NCBI GenBank assembly: GCA_030604855.1
Contig: JAUVVC010000002.1
Location: forward strand, 30,001-62,000
Source: Erysipelotrichaceae bacterium
GTDB lineage: Bacteria; Bacillota_I; Bacilli_A; Erysipelotrichales; Erysipelotrichaceae
DNA: 32,000 nucleotides
Reading direction: 5' to 3'
The translations under genes were made by a program, and so were the position numbers. The notes under the pieces were generated by a model. The model saw only the letters and a program-made list of their open reading frames with translations. It was not told the DNA's origin and did not search any database. Positions 23,562-30,684 of the stretch are shown here, one piece after another. The first letter of the stretch is position 1; the number at the start of each line of letters is the position of its first letter.

Positions 23562-24284
23562 ATGATGAAACTTTTAATCGTAGATGATGAACGGATCGCA
23601 CGCAGCGAGCTGAAATTTCTAATCAAAGAGTTGAATGCAAACGTTCAGATCCTTGAAGCGGATAGTGTCGAAAGTGCCTTGGGAATTGTTCGAGAAGTTG
23701 ATTTGGATGGGGCTTTCATCGACATGCAGCTTCCCGATGGGGTAGGAATGGAAATCGCTCAAGCAATCATGGATCGTCCGAAAGGAGCCTTTCCCATTGT
23801 CTTTGCGACGGCATTTGAACGTTATGCTTTGGATGCCTTCAGTGTCGAAGCAGTCGACTACGTGATGAAGCCGTTCAGAGGGGAAGACATTGCACGTGCC
23901 TTGCAACGCATGTGTCGCATCAAACCAAAGAATGAACTGCTCAGTTGTCCTACTGATAAGATCAGTGTGAACACCCATGAAAAGGTCGTTGTCTTGAATC
24001 TTCAGGAAATCGCTTATGTCACGGCGTTGGATCGTCATTCGGTTGTCCATACCCTGAAAGCAGAGTATACGACGCATTTAAGTCTCGATCGTTTGGAAGA
24101 GCGCCTGATGAACTGTGGCTTCATGCGTGTCCAACGTGCCTATATCGTCAATCTGAATATGGTGAATGAATTCATTCCTTGGTTCAATAATGGCTATGGT
24201 TTGAAATTGATGGGTTTCAATCAGAAGGTGATTCCGATCAGTCGAAATAAAGTGGGAGTATTGAAAGAAATATTTGATTTTTAA
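23562..24284 (+). CDS. LytTR-family response regulator (REC + LytTR DNA-binding domain)
   Basis: It has KLLIVDDERIAR and FIDMQLPD, and a C-terminal LytTR pattern (HRSYIVN-like RVQRAYIVNL, and IPISRNK). The start could be 23559, 23562 or 23565. Confidence 0.9.
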   Translation: MMKLLIVDDERIARSELKFLIKELNANVQILEADSVESALGIVREVDLDGAFIDMQLPDGVGMEIAQAIMDRPKGAFPIVFATAFERYALDAFSVEAVDYVMKPFRGEDIARALQRMCRIKPKNELLSCPTDKISVNTHEKVVVLNLQEIAYVTALDRHSVVHTLKAEYTTHLSLDRLEERLMNCGFMRVQRAYIVNLNMVNEFIPWFNNGYGLKLMGFNQKVIPISRNKVGVLKEIFDF

Positions 24285-24318
24285 AACAGGATTCCATGCA
24301 TTTCATCCTGTTTTTTTT
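24285..24318 (+). terminator. Intrinsic terminator after the response regulator
   Basis: Stem aacaggat/atcctgtt with a 12-nt loop, followed by T-run to 24318. Confidence 0.75.
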
Positions 24319-24329
24319 ACATTTCATCC
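24299..24329 (+). promoter_or_regulatory. Direct repeat CATTTCATCC-N11-CATTTCATCC (LytTR-type activator site candidate) upstream of cstA
   Basis: Exact 10-mers at 24299-24308 and 24320-24329, 21 bp start to start. A TATAAT at 24360-24365 has no usable -35. Confidence 0.55.
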
Positions 24330-24389
24330 AAAATGTAAGCGTTGTCAAAACATCTTTTTTATAATGTGAACGTTAAAAGGAGGATAGTT

Positions 24390-25811
24390 ATGATTACATT
24401 CTTTATATCCCTCGTCCTATTGATCGTTGGTTATGCGACCTACGGTAAATTGGTCGAGAAGGCATTCAAACCGGATGATCGTCCAACCCCTGCTCGTGAG
24501 CTTGCGGATGGTGTCGACTTCGTTGAAATGAAGCCTTGGCGTATCTTCTTGGTTCAGTTGTTGAATATTGCCGGTTTAGGACCGATCTTTGGTGCGATCA
24601 TGGGTGCATTGTGGGGGCCAGTCGTCTTCTTGTGGATCGTGTTTGGAACCATCTTCGCAGGTGCTGTTCATGACTTCTTGTCGGGTATGATTTCCATCCG
24701 TCATAAAGGTGCAAGTATTTCCGAGATCGTTGGAATCTACTTGGGACCTCAAATGAAGATGGTCATGCGTATCTTCTCCGTTGTCTTGTTGGTTTTGGTC
24801 GGTACGGTCTTTATGACAGGTCCAGCGGGCTTGTTGGCACGTTTGACACCTGACTTCATGACACGTAATGTTTGGCTGATCATCGTCTTGGTTTATTATT
24901 TCTTGGCTACGATTCTTCCAATTGATGCTTTGATCGGACGCATCTACCCGCTCTTCGGAGCTGCTTTGATCATCATGGCTTTGGGTATTGCCGGTGGCAT
25001 GTTGTTCACAGGCGTACCGATGATGGAATTGACCTTAGCCAATCTACATCCAAAAGAATTACCCATCTGGCCATTGATGTTCGTTACGGTTGCGTGTGGT
25101 GCCATTTCTGGTTTCCATGCGACGCAATCGCCGATGATGGCACGTTGTATGACTTCTGAGCGCGATGGACGTAAAATCTTCTACGGTGCCATGGTTGCGG
25201 AAGGTGTCATTGCTTTGATTTGGGCGGCTGCAGGGGTTTCCTTCTACGGTGCGACCGGTGGTTTAGCGACTGCTTTGGCTGAATATGGTGGTCAAGCAGG
25301 TGTTGTATACGACATCTCATTCAAACTCTTAGGCCCAGTAGGGGGAATCTTGGCAATGGTCGGTGTTATCGCTTGTCCAATCACTTCTGGGGATACCGCT
25401 TTCCGTTCCGCACGTTTAACCTTGGCGGATTGGTTCAACTTAGAACAAAAATCCAATAAAGGTCGTTTGTTGTTGGCTCTTCCATTGCTTAGTGTGGGTG
25501 GCGCGTTGACGCTCATCGACTTCAATATCGTATGGCGTTACTTCTCATGGTCCAATCAAACCTTGGCGATGATCGCATTGTGGGCAGGTGCCATGTACTT
25601 GGTTAAACAAGCATCCAATCATTGGATCGCTACGGTTCCTGCAACCTTCATGAGTGCTGTCTCGATGACTTACATCTTGCAAGCTCCGGAAGGCTTCAAG
25701 CTAGCGACATCCATCTCCTATCCTGTCGGTATTGCATTTGCGATGATCTGTCTCTTTGCTTTCTTGTTCAAAGCAGGCATTATCGGAAAAGCGAAAGTTG
25801 TAGTAGAATAA
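24390..25811 (+). CDS. cstA: CstA-family transporter (carbon starvation protein A / pyruvate-peptide transporter family), short form
   Basis: The ATG at 24390 follows aaaggagg. 473 aa, polytopic, with the family N-terminus YATYGKLVEKAF.PDD..TPA....DGVDFV.M..W..F..QLLNIAGLGPIFGAI.GA. Confidence 0.9.
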   Translation: MITFFISLVLLIVGYATYGKLVEKAFKPDDRPTPARELADGVDFVEMKPWRIFLVQLLNIAGLGPIFGAIMGALWGPVVFLWIVFGTIFAGAVHDFLSGMISIRHKGASISEIVGIYLGPQMKMVMRIFSVVLLVLVGTVFMTGPAGLLARLTPDFMTRNVWLIIVLVYYFLATILPIDALIGRIYPLFGAALIIMALGIAGGMLFTGVPMMELTLANLHPKELPIWPLMFVTVACGAISGFHATQSPMMARCMTSERDGRKIFYGAMVAEGVIALIWAAAGVSFYGATGGLATALAEYGGQAGVVYDISFKLLGPVGGILAMVGVIACPITSGDTAFRSARLTLADWFNLEQKSNKGRLLLALPLLSVGGALTLIDFNIVWRYFSWSNQTLAMIALWAGAMYLVKQASNHWIATVPATFMSAVSMTYILQAPEGFKLATSISYPVGIAFAMICLFAFLFKAGIIGKAKVVVE

Positions 25812-25818
25812 TAACGTA

Positions 25819-25843
25819 AAAGAAAGGTCCAGTACCTTTCTTT
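25819..25843 (+). terminator. Hairpin between cstA and the FMN-dependent oxidoreductase (weak terminator or attenuator)
   Basis: A 10-bp stem aaagaaaggt/acctttcttt with loop ccagt. It has only a short U-tract. Confidence 0.4.
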
Positions 25844-25859
25844 CATTGAAGGAGCTAAA

Positions 25860-26882
25860 ATGAAGACACTCGAAGAAGTAAAGATTCAAGCCAAAGCCAA
25901 CATGAGCATCTGTAAGATGTGCAAGACCTGCAATGGGGAAGTCTGTCGTGGATGGACGCCTGGACCCGGTGGCAAGGGGACAGGGAGCACCTTTGTACGA
26001 AATGTGGCGAAGTTGAAGGAAGTCACCTTGAACATGCGTTTGATTCGTGAAGATATGGAAGTGAACAGTTCATTTGATTTCTTTGGTCAAACGATCAGTG
26101 CACCCATCATGGCCGCTCCGATTGCCAATGTAAAGATCAATTATGGCAGTTCGGTGGATGAATTGACCTATTTGAATGGTTTGACCGAAGGTTGTTTGGC
26201 CCAAGGCTTACCGGTATTCTTAGGCGATGGCGCAAATCGTGAAGCCTTTGAAATGCCTTTGAAGATCCACCAAAACTTGAACAAGCAGACCATCATGACG
26301 ATCAAACCTTGGACGATGGATCTCTTGATGCCAAAGCTGGAAGAGGTTAAAGCGTGTTCACCCTTGGCGGTTGCGATGGATATCGATGCGGCAGGCTTGA
26401 TTCTGCTCAAGAAACAAGGGGTTCCGGTCAGTTTTAAAACGGTTGAGGAACTTAAAGCCATCAAAGCGTATTTGGGTGTACCCTTCATCTTGAAGGGGAT
26501 TCTAACCCTTGAAGATGCTCAAGCTGCGTTGGACGCAGGTGTCGATGCGATCGTCGTATCCAATCATGGTGGACGTGTACTCGATGATTGCGTCTCAACG
26601 ATTGAAGTACTTGAGAAAATAACGACCTATGTCCAAGGCGGCTGTAAGGTGTTTGTAGATGGTGGATTCAGAAGTGGATCCGATGTGTTCAAGGCACTTG
26701 CCTTAGGTGCGGATGGGGTGTTGATCGGAAGACCCTTCTCGCATGCGTCGATCGGGGGCCAAAGCGAAGGGGTTTCCGTCTATGCGGACAAACTTATTCA
26801 AGAGTTGAGAGAATGCATGCGTATGACCTCATGCATTACTTTGAAGGATATCCAACGCGCTTGTGTCAACGTTCACTTTTAG
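25860..26882 (+). CDS. FMN-dependent alpha-hydroxyacid oxidoreductase family protein (FMN_dh) with an N-terminal four-Cys motif
   Basis: 340 aa with the catalytic motif VVSNHGGRVLD and the FMN phosphate-binding region VDGGFRSGSDVFKALALGADGVLIGRP. The N-terminus is CKMCKTCNGEVC. Confidence 0.85.
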   Translation: MKTLEEVKIQAKANMSICKMCKTCNGEVCRGWTPGPGGKGTGSTFVRNVAKLKEVTLNMRLIREDMEVNSSFDFFGQTISAPIMAAPIANVKINYGSSVDELTYLNGLTEGCLAQGLPVFLGDGANREAFEMPLKIHQNLNKQTIMTIKPWTMDLLMPKLEEVKACSPLAVAMDIDAAGLILLKKQGVPVSFKTVEELKAIKAYLGVPFILKGILTLEDAQAALDAGVDAIVVSNHGGRVLDDCVSTIEVLEKITTYVQGGCKVFVDGGFRSGSDVFKALALGADGVLIGRPFSHASIGGQSEGVSVYADKLIQELRECMRMTSCITLKDIQRACVNVHF

Positions 26883-28162
26883 AGTTTGATTTTGGTCTTC
26901 TTTAGAGACCCTTCTTTACCCATGGCACGAATCAGACCGAATACCGGTCGATCGAACCAGGGACGGTCATGGACACCGGCGACACTCCATAAGATGCCGG
27001 TGTAACCATTGGGATCACGTCCGTCCAGCATATAGGTATCATTCAGATGAACCAGGATATCGATCGCTTCTGAAGCGTTCTTTGTCCAGAGTAAGACCAT
27101 TTTAGCCCAATACATGCGTAGATAAGAATGGAGGTAGCCTTCTTCGACGATTTGTCGTTGACAGTGATTCCATAGATCATCGTGTGTTTGGGCTTTTTCT
27201 AAGCTTTCACGGGAATAGAGATAAGGTCGCTCATCTTGTTCGTGACGTTTGAGGGTTTCGATTGCCCAGGGCCAAGCACCTTCGAGCTTATCGTAGTTCG
27301 GATTGTAGAAACAGTAATTCTCGGCCAATTCTCTACGCACCATGGCTTCTTCAATGAAGAGCGCCGCATTGGGATGATTGGTGTTCAAGACTTCACGGAT
27401 CATCTTGGTGGGTGCCAGCATACCATAGTGCAGATAGGCGGACAGATAAGATTGGCCCTTGGCATCGATTTCGTTGCGTCGGTCATAATTGTCCAAACCA
27501 TGTGCAATGAAGAAATTGAGTTGCTCAATCGCCGCGGTTTCACCAGGGAGGAGTTTCGATGGTTCTATATACGGTAATGGAGTGGATGCATAGAAAGCTG
27601 CGATATCCGCAACCTTGAATCGATCATCCAATATGATTGTTTGCGGATGTTTGATCAAGTGGATGTCCATTTCCAAATAATCTTTATAAATCTTCATGAT
27701 CTTTGGTCGGAAGGTTCGGGCTGCGAACTCAAGTTTGGGACTTGCCTCTTGAACAGGGACGACACAAGCGGTATTCACTTTAAAGAAGCGAATCTGATTT
27801 GCATACGACCAATTGGAAACCAAGGCTTGAACGGCTAAGAGGGGTCTTAAGACATGAACCTCCGTTATGATATGTTGAATATTGAAAGTCTGCTTCAACG
27901 TTTCAAGATGGTCGATGATGTTTCCAACTCTGAAATAGAGGGGAATGTTCAGCTGCGCGCAGGTATCGCTCATTTCTGCCAAGCCCTTAAGCAAGAAATC
28001 CATGTTTCTGAGATTCGCGTGAGGAAATCTGGGATAAGCGTTGAAAAGAACGATCAATTGAGCTTTTTGGGTCAAAGCAATCTGTTGTGCCTGATAGAAA
28101 GCTGGATTCTCATGGGTGCGAAGGGCACGTGAAGCCCAGTAGAGGACAGTGGCTTGTTTCAT
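26879..28162 (-). CDS. Class II CPD photolyase-like protein
   Basis: 427 aa with N-terminal VLYWASRALRTHENPAF and C-terminal LNDTYMLDGRDPNGYTGILWSVAGVHDRPW, which resembles the class II signature as I recall it. Its stop overlaps the stop of the convergent gene. Confidence 0.8.
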   Translation of the reverse strand: MKQATVLYWASRALRTHENPAFYQAQQIALTQKAQLIVLFNAYPRFPHANLRNMDFLLKGLAEMSDTCAQLNIPLYFRVGNIIDHLETLKQTFNIQHIITEVHVLRPLLAVQALVSNWSYANQIRFFKVNTACVVPVQEASPKLEFAARTFRPKIMKIYKDYLEMDIHLIKHPQTIILDDRFKVADIAAFYASTPLPYIEPSKLLPGETAAIEQLNFFIAHGLDNYDRRNEIDAKGQSYLSAYLHYGMLAPTKMIREVLNTNHPNAALFIEEAMVRRELAENYCFYNPNYDKLEGAWPWAIETLKRHEQDERPYLYSRESLEKAQTHDDLWNHCQRQIVEEGYLHSYLRMYWAKMVLLWTKNASEAIDILVHLNDTYMLDGRDPNGYTGILWSVAGVHDRPWFDRPVFGLIRAMGKEGSLKKTKIKL

Positions 28163-28232
28163 AGTTTCATTATAACAAAGTCTGCTTTACTTGCTTAAAG
28201 GATTAAATTAAAATAATGAAAAGAGGTTGACC

Positions 28233-28505
28233 ATGGATAAGAAACAATATGATCAATTATTTGAAGCGATTCTAAGCTTAGAAACCAAAGCGGATTGTGC
28301 AGCTTTCTTTGAAGATCTCTGCACAATCAAGGAATTGAACGACATGCACGATCGTTTGGCGGTGGCACAGCGTTTACTGGCTGGAGAGACCTATGAAAAC
28401 ATCGTTAAGGAGACCAAGATGAGCAGTGCGACCATCTCACGTGTCAATCGTTGCATCCAGTATGGTTCCGGTGGATATAAACGCATTCTCAAACGATTGA
28501 AATAA
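28233..28505 (+). CDS. YerC/YecD family TrpR-like protein
   Basis: The ATG at 28233 follows aagagg. 90 aa with LCTIKELNDMHDRLAVAQRLLAGETYENIVKETKMSSATISRVNRCIQYGSGGY. Confidence 0.8.
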   Translation: MDKKQYDQLFEAILSLETKADCAAFFEDLCTIKELNDMHDRLAVAQRLLAGETYENIVKETKMSSATISRVNRCIQYGSGGYKRILKRLK

Positions 28506-28532
28506 TTTTTTTAGAAAGTTCACTTTAACACT

Positions 28533-28560
28533 TTACAACGATAAAGTAATGAAGTATGAT
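28533..28560 (+). promoter_or_regulatory. Candidate promoter for the ABC transporter operon
   Basis: TTACAA, 16-nt spacer, TATGAT. Confidence 0.45.
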
Positions 28561-28586
28561 GTTAACATGTTTCAAGGAGAACGGAA

Positions 28587-29369
28587 ATGAAAAAAGTAAT
28601 ACTCTTCATCACAATGATGATGTTGGTGGCTTGTACCCAGGCACCTGTAGCAGAAGGAGACTTGAGTTTGAAGACCATTGAAGACAATGGCAAAATGATC
28701 GTTGGCTTTACGGAATACCCACCGATGGGCTTCAAGGAGAATGGTGAGGTCACAGGTTTCGACATCGATATCGCGAAAGAAGTCGCAGAACGTTTAGGTG
28801 TTGAAGCAGAATTTGTATACATTGACTGGGATGCGAAAGTCTTGGAGCTCAATGGCAAAAACATCGATATGATTTGGAATGGATTGACCATCACGGCCGA
28901 TCGTGAGAAAGAAATTCTCTTCTCGAAACCTTATTTTGACAATCGCATCGTCATCATCAGTTTGAAAGATTCTGGGATTGATAAGATTGCGGATTTGAGT
29001 TCAATGAAAGTCGGCGTCGAACTTCAAAGTTCCGGTCAAGCCGCAGTCGAAGGTAACGCTGTCTTTACCTCCATCGATGAATTGGTTAAGTACACCACAA
29101 TCACCGAAGCGATTCTCGATTTGAAAGCTGGCGGCATCGATGCGATCGTTGCGGATGAGATCTTCGCACGTTACGCGGTTTCCAAAGAAGCCAACCAGTA
29201 TCAAGTGGCAGCGGAAGTCTTCAATTCAGAGAATTATGGCATCGGCTTTAGATTGGAAGATGTGGCGCTTCGCGACAAAGTAGATGCGATCATTGATGAA
29301 ATGGCGGCCGATGGAACGGCAATAGAGATTTCAATGAAGTGGTTTGGCGAAGATTTATTGAAGCGATGA
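28587..29369 (+). CDS. Amino-acid ABC transporter substrate-binding lipoprotein (SBP_bac_3 type)
   Basis: 260 aa with lipobox LVAC and the motifs GFDIDIAKEVA..LGV, DMIWNGLTIT..R and FS.PY. Confidence 0.9.
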   Translation: MKKVILFITMMMLVACTQAPVAEGDLSLKTIEDNGKMIVGFTEYPPMGFKENGEVTGFDIDIAKEVAERLGVEAEFVYIDWDAKVLELNGKNIDMIWNGLTITADREKEILFSKPYFDNRIVIISLKDSGIDKIADLSSMKVGVELQSSGQAAVEGNAVFTSIDELVKYTTITEAILDLKAGGIDAIVADEIFARYAVSKEANQYQVAAEVFNSENYGIGFRLEDVALRDKVDAIIDEMAADGTAIEISMKWFGEDLLKR

Positions 29370-30007
29370 GTTATTGGTTAGAGATCCTTCCACCGATTGT
29401 GGAAGGATTTAAAATTTCACTCTTTGTTTATGCACTTACGATGGTGTTTGCTCTACCGATCGGCATGGGCTTTGGATTACTGGCGGACATCGTCAAACCT
29501 TCCCGGAAATTCATCGCCATCTTTACATGGATCATTCGTGGGACACCCTTGTTGTTGCAATTGTACATAACAATGTATGCGATTCCTTTGATCATTCCGA
29601 TGCGAATGAACCGTTTGTTTGCTGGAACCATCACCTTCATCATCAATTATGCGGCTTATTTTACGGAAATCTTCCGCAGTGGCTTAGCCATCATTCCACT
29701 TGGTCAATGGCAGGCCGGTGAAGTCTTGGGTTTGAAGAAGCGTGAGATCATCTGGCACATCATCCTACCACAAATGTTTCGGAATACTTTACTGCCTTTG
29801 ATCAATGAGGCAATCACCCTGGTCAAAGATACCTCCTTGTTGGCGGCCATCGCGATCGGAGAGATGTTGCGGAATGCGAAGGAATTGGTTACCAAAGATT
29901 TCAGAATCGATGCCTTGGTGATTGCAGGTTTGTTTTATCTGATGTTTAGTTTGGTTGTAGTGCAATTAAGTAAACGACTTGAAATGAAATTATTGAGGCA
30001 ACGTTGA
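29366..30007 (+). CDS. Amino-acid ABC transporter permease (HisMQ/GlnP type)
   Basis: The ATG at 29366 forms an ATGA overlap with the binding-protein gene. It has IRGTPLLLQL and an EAA-like loop (QWQAGEVLGLKKREIIWHIILPQ). Confidence 0.9.
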   Translation: MSYWLEILPPIVEGFKISLFVYALTMVFALPIGMGFGLLADIVKPSRKFIAIFTWIIRGTPLLLQLYITMYAIPLIIPMRMNRLFAGTITFIINYAAYFTEIFRSGLAIIPLGQWQAGEVLGLKKREIIWHIILPQMFRNTLLPLINEAITLVKDTSLLAAIAIGEMLRNAKELVTKDFRIDALVIAGLFYLMFSLVVVQLSKRLEMKLLRQR

Positions 30008-30684
30008 TGATTGAAGTAAAACAATTAAGTTACGCATATTCGAAGGATCTGGTGCTTAAAGATGTCAGTTTCAACATTCAAGCCAATGAAATCGTTGGTA
30101 TTCTTGGTTTGAGTGGAAGTGGTAAGACGACCTTACTCAAGATTCTAAGTGGTCTGCTCAAGCCCAAACAAGGAAGTTATCTTGTGGAAGGACAATCTGC
30201 TTATCTCAAAGGTAAACGCAATCCTGTTTTAAGTCAGGAGTTAGGTGTCGTCTTTCAAGAGTATCAACTCTTCATGCATTTGAGTGTCATCGATAACTTG
30301 GTTCTGCCGTATCGCCTGCGTTTCAGCGTGAGCAAAGAAGAGGCGAAAATCAAAGCCTTGGAATTACTCGAACAGTTCGGTTTACTTCAGCAAAAAGATC
30401 AATTTCCGAATGAATGTTCAGGGGGTCAGCAACAACGCATTGCGATTGCACGTGCTTTGATTTTGAATCCACGTGTTCTGTTGATTGATGAACCCACCGC
30501 TGCCTTGGATTCTGAAAACACACAGAATGTGGCCAATCTACTCAAGTCGCTCAATAAAAAAGGGCTGACCGTGATTGTGATAACCCACGATCTGCCCTTT
30601 GCTCAATCGTTATGTCAACGTGTGATTGAACTCAATCAAGGTAAGATGATTAAAGATATGGACGCAAAGGATTACTTTGCTTGA
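30007..30684 (+). CDS. ABC transporter ATP-binding protein
   Basis: Walker A GLSGSGKTT, signature CSGGQQQR, Walker B LLIDEPT and H-loop ITHD. Confidence 0.9.
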   Translation: MIEVKQLSYAYSKDLVLKDVSFNIQANEIVGILGLSGSGKTTLLKILSGLLKPKQGSYLVEGQSAYLKGKRNPVLSQELGVVFQEYQLFMHLSVIDNLVLPYRLRFSVSKEEAKIKALELLEQFGLLQQKDQFPNECSGGQQQRIAIARALILNPRVLLIDEPTAALDSENTQNVANLLKSLNKKGLTVIVITHDLPFAQSLCQRVIELNQGKMIKDMDAKDYFA

